A DNA stretch of 52,526 bases, from the NCBI GenBank assembly GCA_937934775.1, contig CALGYL010000180.1:1-52526 (forward strand), written 5' to 3'. The position numbers and the translations under genes are program-made. The DNA comes from an uncultured Clostridia bacterium (GTDB taxonomy: Bacteria; Bacillota; Clostridia; Christensenellales; Aristaeellaceae). Shown in pieces: positions 27,552 through 35,339 of this stretch (position 1 is the first letter of the stretch; each line of letters opens with the position of its first letter). The notes under the pieces were generated by a model. It saw nothing but the letters and a program-made list of their open reading frames with translations. It was not told where the DNA came from and did no database searches.

Positions 27552-27644
27552 ATGACCACGAGGAAGATGGCCCGCATGTGCCCGATGTGCGTCATGTGCA
27601 TGACGCGTTCGTTGCGCATCGCTCGGCCATGCCTGTCAACTTAG
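27552..27644 (+). CDS. candidate regulatory leader peptide, Met/Cys-rich (30 codons)
   Basis: GGGGG RBS 8 nt upstream of the ATG. It encodes MTTRKMARMCPMCVMCMTRSLRIARPCLST: 6 Met and 4 Cys codons, with 4 Met and 3 Cys codons packed into codons 9-17. An intrinsic terminator follows, ahead of the structural genes. Confidence 0.5.
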   Translation: MTTRKMARMCPMCVMCMTRSLRIARPCLST

Positions 27645-27680
27645 GCTTATCCTGAAGCCTTCGACAAGAGCAAACCACGG

Positions 27681-27705
27681 GCGGAGCGCTGCGCTCCGCT
27701 TTTTT
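27681..27705 (+). terminator. intrinsic terminator (attenuator) in the operon leader
   Basis: GCGGAGCG-CTG-CGCTCCGC followed directly by TTTTTT. It lies between the leader ORF and the nifH-like start at 27810. Confidence 0.7.
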
Positions 27706-27809
27706 GCACACTTTTGACCCGAAATCCACCCGGCAAAGCATCCGTTCGCTTTATACCACTGCAGCAGTAAAGCGTCGGTCCAAAATCCACACGATGGGGG
27801 TAATGACTG

Positions 27810-28685
27810 TTGGCCAGGAAACTCAGGCAGATCGCGATCTACGGAAAAGGCGGAATCGGAAAATCCACCACCACCTCCAACCTCTCGGCGGCGCTCTCGG
27901 AAATGGGCTACAGGGTAATGCAGTTCGGCTGCGACCCGAAGGCCGACTCTACCAACACGCTCCGGGGCGGCAGCTACATCCCGACGATCCTTGACCTTCT
28001 TCGGGAGAACAGCACGGTGGACGCGCACGATGCCATCTTCAAAGGCTTTGGCGGCATCTGGTGCGTGGAGGCGGGCGGCCCGGCGCCGGGCGTGGGCTGC
28101 GCGGGGCGCGGCATCACCACGGCGGTGACCCTTCTCAAACAGCAGCGCATTTTTGAGGAGCTGGAACTGGACTACGTGATCTACGACGTATTGGGCGACG
28201 TGGTGTGCGGCGGCTTCGCGGTACCCATCCGCGAGGGCATCGCGGAGCACGTATTCACCGTCACCTCCTCCGATTTCATGGCGGTCTATGCGGCCAACAA
28301 TCTGTTCAAGGGCATCCAGAAGTACTCCAATTCAGGCGGCGCGCTGCTGGGCGGGGTGATCGCCAATTCCATCAACCAGCCCTATCAAAAAGAGATTGTT
28401 GACGACTTCGTTCGGCGCACGAACACCCAGGTGATGCAGTACGTGCCCAGGTCTCTCACCGTCACCCAGTCAGAGCTGAAGGGACGGACCACCATCGAGG
28501 CCGCGCCGGACAGCCCGCAGGCCGAAATCTACCGGGAGCTGGCCCGAAGAGTAGACGCCCATGTGCAGTCGGGCGTGCCCTCTCCCCTCTCCACGCAGGA
28601 ACTGCGCGAGTGGGCGGACCGCTGGGCGGATGTACTCATCGGCATGGAGTCGGGCGAGGTACGGTCCCCCGCCGCCGGAATCTAG
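27810..28685 (+). CDS. nitrogenase iron protein-like ATPase (NifH/BchL/MarH family)
   Basis: P-loop [10 protein letters not shown]. Both [4Fe-4S] ligand contexts are present (GVGCAGRG and DVVCGGFA). TTG start with GGGGG 9 nt upstream. Confidence 0.9.
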   Translation: MARKLRQIAIYGKGGIGKSTTTSNLSAALSEMGYRVMQFGCDPKADSTNTLRGGSYIPTILDLLRENSTVDAHDAIFKGFGGIWCVEAGGPAPGVGCAGRGITTAVTLLKQQRIFEELELDYVIYDVLGDVVCGGFAVPIREGIAEHVFTVTSSDFMAVYAANNLFKGIQKYSNSGGALLGGVIANSINQPYQKEIVDDFVRRTNTQVMQYVPRSLTVTQSELKGRTTIEAAPDSPQAEIYRELARRVDAHVQSGVPSPLSTQELREWADRWADVLIGMESGEVRSPAAGI

Positions 28686-28707
28686 AACCATCAAGGGAGG
28701 GTTTGCC

Positions 28708-30189
28708 ATGTCGAAAGTCAATCTCGCCGCTCCGGAGGTACAGATTCGGGAGATCCGGCTCGGCTCCATCACCGGATTCGAGGGCACCGCGGGGGAACTC
28801 GTCGGCTGCGCCCGGGCCGGGACGCTCAAAGACAGCGCCCGCTCCTTCAGCCAGTGCATGGGCTGCAGCTCCGGCAACGCCTTCTGCCAGCTTTCAATGA
28901 TCACCGACGCCGCCGTGGTCAACCACGCGCCGGTGGGCTGCGCGGGCGACTTCTTCGGGTTCAACTTCGTCTACCGGGTCGGCCAGATGGAGCGGGGACT
29001 GCCGAGCGTCACCGGGCGCTACTTCAATACCAACATCGAGGAGCAGGACACCATCTTCGACGCGACGGAAAAACTGAGCAAAGTGGTGCGCGAGGTCTAC
29101 GAGCGGGTGCACCCCAACGCCATTTTCATCACCACCTCCTGCGCTTCGGGCATCATCGGCGACGACGTGGAGGGTACGGCGAATGAGCTGACCGAAGAAC
29201 TGGGCATCCCGGTGGTCGCCTGCTTCTGCGAGGGCTTTAAATCCAAAATCTGGACCACCGGTTTTGATTCGGCCTATCACGCCATCGTCCGGAAGATCGT
29301 AAAGCCGCCCCGGCAAAAGACCAATAAGGTCAACATCATCAACTTCTGGGGCAGCCACATTTTTGAGGATCTTCTGCGGCCCCTGGGCTACGAACCGGAC
29401 TATATTGTGCCGTTTTCGACGGTTGAGCAGCTCTCCCACATCTCCGAGGCCGCGGCCACCATCCAGATCTGCCCGACGCTGGGCACGTACCTCGGCGCGG
29501 CGCTGGAGCAGGTATATTCTGTGCCGGAGATCAAGGCGCCGCCCGCCTACGGCGTTCAGGGCACGGACAATTGGCTGCGGGAACTTGGCAGGGTTCTGAA
29601 CCGCGAGGCGGAGATCGAGAAGCTGATCGAATCCGAGCACGCGCGGGTGCTGCCGCAGGTTGCTTTGTACCGGGAGAAGCTCTCCGGAAAGACCGCCTAT
29701 CTCACCGCGGGCGCGGCTCACGGCCACGCGCTGATCGCGCTGCTCCGCGAACTGGGGCTTACCGTACAGGGCGCGGCCATCTTCCACCACGACCCGATCT
29801 ACGACAACGGCGATCCGACCTCCGACGCGCTGGCCCATGATGTCCGAACCTACGGCGACGTCAAGCGATACAACGTGTGCAACAAGCAGGCGTACGAGCT
29901 GGTGAACATCTTAAACCGGGTGCGCCCGGACCTGATGGTCGCCCGCCACGGCGGGATGACATTATGGGGCGCGAAGCTGGGCATCCCGACGCTGCTCATC
30001 GGCGACGAACAGTTCGGCTTCGGCTATCAGGGCGTTCTGAACTACGCCGAGCGCATTCTGGAGGCGCTGGACAACCGCGAATTCGTGGAAAACCTCGCCC
30101 GCCACAGCCAGATGCCCTACACCGCCTGGTGGCTTTCGCAGAACCCCTATCATTTTCTGGGAGGAAACGCCCATGTCATGTCTCATTGA
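28708..30189 (+). CDS. nitrogenase component-1 alpha-like subunit (NifD/NifE-like)
   Basis: 494 aa from ATG 28708 (RBS AAGGGAGGG). NifD-like motifs: HAPVGC, TSCASGIIGDD, CEGF, QICPTLG. The track ORF starts earlier, at 28561, inside the nifH-like gene. Confidence 0.85.
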   Translation: MSKVNLAAPEVQIREIRLGSITGFEGTAGELVGCARAGTLKDSARSFSQCMGCSSGNAFCQLSMITDAAVVNHAPVGCAGDFFGFNFVYRVGQMERGLPSVTGRYFNTNIEEQDTIFDATEKLSKVVREVYERVHPNAIFITTSCASGIIGDDVEGTANELTEELGIPVVACFCEGFKSKIWTTGFDSAYHAIVRKIVKPPRQKTNKVNIINFWGSHIFEDLLRPLGYEPDYIVPFSTVEQLSHISEAAATIQICPTLGTYLGAALEQVYSVPEIKAPPAYGVQGTDNWLRELGRVLNREAEIEKLIESEHARVLPQVALYREKLSGKTAYLTAGAAHGHALIALLRELGLTVQGAAIFHHDPIYDNGDPTSDALAHDVRTYGDVKRYNVCNKQAYELVNILNRVRPDLMVARHGGMTLWGAKLGIPTLLIGDEQFGFGYQGVLNYAERILEALDNREFVENLARHSQMPYTAWWLSQNPYHFLGGNAHVMSH

Positions 30190-31489
30190 GCAGCCCCGGT
30201 ACACCTGCGCGCTGGGGGCACAGCAGACGGTGGTCGCCATTCGCCGCGCCTGCCCCATCGTACACGCGGGGCCGGGCTGCAGCGGAAAGATCAGCGCGCT
30301 GATCGGCCAGGGGGAGGGTTACGCCGGCGGCAACACCATCCCCTGCACCAATTCCTCCGAGAAGGAGATCGTCTATGGCGGCGAGGACAAACTGCGCACC
30401 GTGATCGAAGGCGCGTTTCAGGTGATCGACGCGGACCTGTTCGTGGTCCTGACCGGCTGCACTTCCGACATCGTGGGCGACGACGTCGCCAGCGTCACGG
30501 GCGAGTTTCAGACGGAAGATCGCCCCATCGTCTACTGCGAGACCGGCGGCTTTAAAAGCAGCAATTACGTCAGCCACGATCAGGTCGTGAACGCCATTAT
30601 TGACCAATACGTGGACAAATACTCAGAAAACCGGGCGGTGAACCCGAAGCTGGTCAATGTGTTCGCGACGCTGCCCTATCAGGACCCTTATTGGGAGGGC
30701 AACCTGGAGGAGCTGAAGCGCATTCTGACCGGACTGGGCCTGATGGTCAACATCCTCTTCGGGCAGCGCTCGAGGGGCGTATCTGAATGGCTCACCATCC
30801 CGAACGCGGCGCTGAACATCGTGGTCAGCGCATGGAGCGGCCTAGGCATCGCAAAGCATCTGGAACAGAAATACCAACAGCCCACCCTGCACTTCCCCTC
30901 CCTCCCCGTCGGCGGCGTGGAAACCACCCGCTTTCTACGGGCGGTGGCGGAAAAACTGAGCCTTCCCAAAGATCAGACGGAGGGCTTCATCAAAGACGAG
31001 GAGTGCAGGTTCTACACCCATCTCGAACGCATGGCCGACTTCATGCTGGAATTCCGCTACGGCCTGCCGCGAAGGTTTATCACCCTTCTGGACGCCACCT
31101 ACGCCGTGGGCGTGGGCAGATACCTGGTGAACGAGCTGGGCATCCTGCCTGGACGGCAATTCGTGGTGGACAACACGCCGGAGGAATTCCGGCCCGCCAT
31201 CCGGGATCAGTTCGCGAACATCTCCCCCAACCGCTCCGCCGCCGTGGACTTTGAAAACGACGCGGGCGCCATCCACAAGGCGGTCCGCGCGGACGACAAC
31301 CGTCAGCGCGCGCTGATTCTCGGAAGCTCGTGGGAGCGGGACCTGGCGAAGGACATTCATGCCGACCTTCTGATCTTAAGCCCCCCCGTGGCGCACCGGC
31401 TGGTGCTCTCCTGCGGTTACGCCGGGTATAACGGCGGTCTCCGGCTGATTGAGGACATTTATGATCGCGTTTTGGATACGTACCGCTGA
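30173..31489 (+). CDS. nitrogenase component-1 beta-like subunit (NifK/NifN-like)
   Basis: 438 aa. NifK-like Cys contexts: YTCALGA, HAGPGCSG, LTGCTSDIVGDD. It overlaps the alpha-like gene by 17 nt (translational coupling). GGGAGGA RBS. Confidence 0.85.
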   Translation: MSCLIEQPRYTCALGAQQTVVAIRRACPIVHAGPGCSGKISALIGQGEGYAGGNTIPCTNSSEKEIVYGGEDKLRTVIEGAFQVIDADLFVVLTGCTSDIVGDDVASVTGEFQTEDRPIVYCETGGFKSSNYVSHDQVVNAIIDQYVDKYSENRAVNPKLVNVFATLPYQDPYWEGNLEELKRILTGLGLMVNILFGQRSRGVSEWLTIPNAALNIVVSAWSGLGIAKHLEQKYQQPTLHFPSLPVGGVETTRFLRAVAEKLSLPKDQTEGFIKDEECRFYTHLERMADFMLEFRYGLPRRFITLLDATYAVGVGRYLVNELGILPGRQFVVDNTPEEFRPAIRDQFANISPNRSAAVDFENDAGAIHKAVRADDNRQRALILGSSWERDLAKDIHADLLILSPPVAHRLVLSCGYAGYNGGLRLIEDIYDRVLDTYR

Positions 31490-31503
31490 GAGGATGATTG
31501 CGC

Positions 31504-32292
31504 ATGGAACCGTTCGTCGCCATCGAAGGCCTGAAAAAGACCTTTCACACTCGGACCGGTGATGTGGAGGTCCTGAAGGGCGTCGATCTGTCGATTGAAA
31601 AGGGCGACATCTTCGGCGTCATCGGCTTCAGCGGCGCGGGAAAATCCACGATGATCCGGCTGATCAACCGGCTGGAATCGCCCGACGAGGGCCGGGTGAT
31701 GATCGACGGCACCGATGTGACCGGTCTCGACAAGGAAGAGCTGGTGCGCTACCGCCAGCGGATCGGCATGATCTTCCAGCAGTTCAACCTCTTCGATTCC
31801 CGCACGGTGTTTGGGAACGTGGCGTATCCGCTGGAGGTCGCGGGCATCGCCAAACGCCACATCCGCCCCAGGGTGGAGGAAATCCTGGAACTGGTGGGCC
31901 TGACCGACAAGCTGGACTGCTACCCCGGCCAGCTCTCCGGCGGACAGAAGCAGCGGGTGGGCATCGCAAGGGCGCTCGCGAACAAGCCGGAGGTGCTCTT
32001 AAGCGACGAGGCCACCAGCGCCCTGGACCCGAAGACCACGCTGTCCATTCTGGACCTTTTAAAGGACATCAACCGGCAGTTCGGCCTTACGATCCTCCTC
32101 ATTACCCACGAACTGGAGGTCATCCGCTACGCCTGCAACAACATGGCGGTGCTGGAGGATGGCAAAATCGTCGAATCCGGCCGCACACGGGAGGTCTTTG
32201 AGAATCCGGCGAGCCAGACCTCGAAACTCTTCATGAAAATCCATACGGAGTTTTCCAAAGACGTATGGCTGAAAGGAGGTGATGGGATCTGA
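31504..32292 (+). CDS. metN: methionine-type ABC transporter ATP-binding protein
   Basis: Walker A GFSGAGKST, signature LSGGQKQR, Walker B LLSDEATSALD. MetN-like N-terminus. ATG 31504 follows GAGAGGA. Confidence 0.85.
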   Translation: MEPFVAIEGLKKTFHTRTGDVEVLKGVDLSIEKGDIFGVIGFSGAGKSTMIRLINRLESPDEGRVMIDGTDVTGLDKEELVRYRQRIGMIFQQFNLFDSRTVFGNVAYPLEVAGIAKRHIRPRVEEILELVGLTDKLDCYPGQLSGGQKQRVGIARALANKPEVLLSDEATSALDPKTTLSILDLLKDINRQFGLTILLITHELEVIRYACNNMAVLEDGKIVESGRTREVFENPASQTSKLFMKIHTEFSKDVWLKGGDGI

Positions 32293-32387
32293 ATACCTAT
32301 AAACACACGCTGTGGGAAGTCCTGAAAAGCGCTTTCGGCCATGACGTATGGAAGATCGTCTGGCCCGCCGTCGGGCAAACGCTGTAC

Positions 32388-32999
32388 ATGACGCTACTGA
32401 CCACATTGTTTACGCTGGTGTTCGGTCTGATGCTGGGCATTCTGCTGTTCGCAACCGACCGGGAGGGCGTCAGGCCCCTGCCCGTATTCAACCGGGTGCT
32501 GGGTTCCGTCATCAACGTGCTGCGCTCGCTGCCGTCGATGATCCTGATCATCCTGACGCTTCCGCTTTCCAGGCTCGTCATCGGGCACGCCTACGGTCCG
32601 GAGGCCTGCATCCTGGCGCTGGTCGCCAGCTGCGTGCCAATGTACGCGAGGCTGGTGGAAGGTTCTCTCCGGGAAGTTGAGAAAGGCAAGACCGAAGCCG
32701 CCCGCGCCATGGGTTCAAGCAATTCCTCGATCATCCTGAAGGTGCTGATCCCGGAAGCCCTGCCCTCTCTGATCCGCTCGTTTACGGTGGCCGTGATCGT
32801 GGTGATCTCCACGACGACCCTCGCCGGTTCTTTTGGCGCGGGCGGCCTGGGCGACGTGGCGGTCCGGTTCGGTTACTCCCGGTTCAAGACCGACATCCTG
32901 ATCGCGGCGGTCGTGGTACTCGTAGTCATGGTGCAGGGCATCCAGTTCCTGGGCGACCGGGCCAGCAAGTCCATCGCCCGCAAACGGTTCATCGTCTAG
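32388..32999 (+). CDS. metI: methionine-type ABC transporter permease
   Basis: Polytopic MetI-like ORF. 32388 is the first ATG, but the frame is open from 32283 and the conserved N-terminal helix appears to start upstream (see the CTG-start finding). Confidence 0.85.
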   Translation: MTLLTTLFTLVFGLMLGILLFATDREGVRPLPVFNRVLGSVINVLRSLPSMILIILTLPLSRLVIGHAYGPEACILALVASCVPMYARLVEGSLREVEKGKTEAARAMGSSNSSIILKVLIPEALPSLIRSFTVAVIVVISTTTLAGSFGAGGLGDVAVRFGYSRFKTDILIAAVVVLVVMVQGIQFLGDRASKSIARKRFIV

Positions 33000-33040
33000 A
33001 CTCAAATCAATCGAATAATGAATTGAGAAGGAGAATTTCC

Positions 33041-33874
33041 ATGAAGAAAATTCTTGCCATCGTGCTCGTTTTGTCTCTTTTTGTCAGCGTGACCGCTCTT
33101 TCGGAGGCGACGGCAACGCCCGCGCCCGAAGCGACGCCCCTTGCGACCTTCAACCCCCGCGTGACGCTGAAAGTGCTGGCCGACGTGGTCCCCCACTCCG
33201 AGCTTCTGGAGTTCGTCAAGCCCAAGCTGGCCGAACAGAGCATTGACCTGGAAATCACCATCGCTCAGAACGACCACGGCAACGACGACACCGCCTCCGG
33301 CGAGTTCGACGTCAACTTCTTCCAGCATGTACCCTACCTGAATTCTGTCGTGGCGGAGAAGGGTCTCGATTTGGCCCCGGCCGGCGCGATCCATGTGGAG
33401 CCGATCGGCTTCTACTCCCAGAAGTACAAGACGAAAGAAGAGATTCCGGACGGCGCGGTCGTCGGCGTGCCGAACGACACCACCAACGAGTACCGCGCGC
33501 TGAAAATCCTGGAGCAAAACGGCTTCATCAAGCTGCGGAGCGACCTCGCGACCTATGAAGCGACCATTCAGGACATCACCGAATACGTGAAGCCCATCAA
33601 GATTGAGGAGATCGACGCCGCGCAGCTGGTCCGCCTGCTGCCGGACCTTGACGGCGCGATCATCAACACCAACCGCGTGCTGGAGGCGGGCATCGACGCC
33701 AACTCCGCGCTGTTCCGCGAAGGCGCGGATTCGCCCTACGCGAACGTTCTGGTCACCACCAAGGAGCGTGTGAACGATCCGGCCATCGTGGCGCTGTACC
33801 ACGCGCTGACCACCGAAGAGGTGCGCCAGTTCATTCTTGAAAAGTACCAGGGCGCGGTCATCCCGGCGTTCTAA
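33041..33874 (+). CDS. metQ: MetQ/NlpA-family substrate-binding protein
   Basis: 277 aa from ATG 33041 (RBS GAAGGAGA). Signal peptide MKKILAIVLVLSLFVSVTALSEA. NlpA-family character (…FFQHVPYLN…, …VGVPNDTTNEYRAL…). Confidence 0.85.
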   Translation: MKKILAIVLVLSLFVSVTALSEATATPAPEATPLATFNPRVTLKVLADVVPHSELLEFVKPKLAEQSIDLEITIAQNDHGNDDTASGEFDVNFFQHVPYLNSVVAEKGLDLAPAGAIHVEPIGFYSQKYKTKEEIPDGAVVGVPNDTTNEYRALKILEQNGFIKLRSDLATYEATIQDITEYVKPIKIEEIDAAQLVRLLPDLDGAIINTNRVLEAGIDANSALFREGADSPYANVLVTTKERVNDPAIVALYHALTTEEVRQFILEKYQGAVIPAF

Positions 33875-33884
33875 GAAAAACAAA

Positions 33885-33929
33885 GGCGGGGGGGGCCGGA
33901 GGAGCGGGTTGCTCCCCTGGCCCCCCGCC
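33885..33929 (+). other. very GC-rich nested hairpin inside the operon (between metQ and the nifX-like gene)
   Basis: GGCGGGGGGGGCC…GGCCCCCCGCC outer arms enclose GGAGGAGC-GGGTT-GCTCCCCT. No U-tract. Confidence 0.5.
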
Positions 33930-33958
33930 GCAATGATCGATTGAATGGAGGTGGCTGT

Positions 33959-34300
33959 ATGCCCCACCGCATCGCGCTGGCCAGCATATCCGGAAAGTTC
34001 GTCGATACCCACTTCGGCCACGCCGAGCGCTTCGCGATTGTGGACCTGTTCTCCGATCGGTATGAGCTGGTGGAACTGCGCAAGGTACGGCGCGCCTGCG
34101 GCCCGAGCGGCCACGACGAACGCGCGTTTGACGCGATCCTGGACACCCTTACCGACTGTGAAGCGCTCCTGGTCGAGCGCATCGGCTACGGCGCGGCCCA
34201 GTACGTGGCCGCCAAGGGCATCCGCGTGTTCGAAGCGCCCTACCCCATCGACGACGTACTGAACAAGCTGATGGCGGATCGGATCCTAGATAAACCCTGA
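33959..34300 (+). CDS. NifX/NifB-C-terminal-like (dinitrogenase iron-molybdenum cofactor biosynthesis domain) protein
   Basis: 113 aa from ATG 33959 (RBS GGAGGTG): MPHRIALASISGKFVDTHFGHAERFAIVDL…. The HFGHA…F.I.D pattern is typical of the NifX/NafY/NifB-C domain. Confidence 0.7.
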   Translation: MPHRIALASISGKFVDTHFGHAERFAIVDLFSDRYELVELRKVRRACGPSGHDERAFDAILDTLTDCEALLVERIGYGAAQYVAAKGIRVFEAPYPIDDVLNKLMADRILDKP

Positions 34301-34314
34301 AGGGAGGCGCACAC

Positions 34315-35226
34315 ATGGCTGAAGTCATCCTTACTGAAGTCCGCGCCCGCGCGGGCGCGAAGCTCGCCGCCTGCAAACGCCACCCCTGCCTCAGCGGCGA
34401 GGCGCATCTGAAATACGGGCGCATCCACCTGCCGGTCAGTCCCGCCTGCAACATTGGCTGCCGGTTTTGCGGACGGGGCATCCACTCAGAAAACGTACCC
34501 GGCGCGGCGGGGCGGATTCTGACGCCGGAAGAGGCGGCGGACGTCCTCGGCCGCGCGCTCGAATTGTGCCCGGAGATCAGTGTCGCCGGCGTTGCGGGGC
34601 CGGGCGACGCGCTGGCAACCGATCACGCCATCGAGACCTTCCGAATCATCAAGGACAGATACCCGCACATCATCAAATGCCTGAGCACCAACGGCCTGAA
34701 GCTGGCAGAAAAAATCCCCCAACTCAAGGAGATCGGCCTTGATTCCCTGACAGTAACCATCAATTCGCTGGTTCCGGAGATCCTTGAAAAGATCAACGCC
34801 TTCACCGTGACCGACGGCCGGGTTCTCACCGGCATCGAATCCGCCCGCGCGCTGATCGCCGCGCAAAAACGGGGGCTGGAGGCCGCCGGGCGGGAGCTGG
34901 ACGCGGTCATCAAGATCAATACCGTGCTTGTTCCGGGCGTCAACGACCTGGAAATCGCGTCCATCGCGGAGAAAACCGCCGCGCTTGGCGCGTCGATCAT
35001 GAACATCATTCCCCTGATTCCGCAGCATGGCATGGCGGACAAAAAGGAACCCTCCTGTCAGGAACTGAACGCGGCGCGGGAAGCCGCCGCGCCGTTTCTG
35101 GATGTGTTCCGGCACTGTAAGCGCTGCCGCGCGGACGCCGCGGGGGTCATGGGCAAAAATCAGGACATCTCAAAACAACTGTACGGCGACGAAGCGCCCG
35201 CGGGCGATTCGTTCTCGCACGGATGA
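34315..35226 (+). CDS. nifB: NifB-like radical SAM protein (core domain only)
   Basis: HPCLSGEAHLKYGRIHLPVSPACNIGCRFCGR closely mirrors the NifB N-terminal HPC…H….R.H..V.P.CN..C.YC motif with a CX3CX2C radical-SAM cluster site. 303 aa. Confidence 0.8.
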   Translation: MAEVILTEVRARAGAKLAACKRHPCLSGEAHLKYGRIHLPVSPACNIGCRFCGRGIHSENVPGAAGRILTPEEAADVLGRALELCPEISVAGVAGPGDALATDHAIETFRIIKDRYPHIIKCLSTNGLKLAEKIPQLKEIGLDSLTVTINSLVPEILEKINAFTVTDGRVLTGIESARALIAAQKRGLEAAGRELDAVIKINTVLVPGVNDLEIASIAEKTAALGASIMNIIPLIPQHGMADKKEPSCQELNAAREAAAPFLDVFRHCKRCRADAAGVMGKNQDISKQLYGDEAPAGDSFSHG

Positions 35227-35339
35227 AACGCCAGATAAAACACTTCGCTTTGTTCACAGCGTCCGCCGGAAAAGCCGACGGGGCGCGAACAAGCGAAGCG
35301 GTTCAAAGAAACAGCCGATGGATCTGAAAGGAGATTTCA

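Noticed and set aside
27515-27600. A SAM-I (S-box) riboswitch look-alike: TTATCAAGA…GGAAGATGGCCCGCATG resembles CTTATCAAGAG…GGGACTGGCCCGATGA.
   Set aside because: The GAGGGA k-turn block and the GGCAACC block are missing, as is any 3' P1 partner (…TCTTGATAA). The ATGGCCCGCATG segment is read as codons 6-9 of the leader ORF. I judged the resemblance coincidental.
27810-31489. A genuine Mo-, V- or Fe-nitrogenase (N2 fixation) cluster.
   Set aside because: The window has no nifE/nifN, nifV or PII genes. The Gln191/His195/His442-equivalent positions appear substituted by eye. The genomic and regulatory context (metNIQ inside the operon, cysK/metC upstream, Met/Cys leader) points to sulfur metabolism. 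Only phylogeny and whole-genome inspection can exclude this formally.
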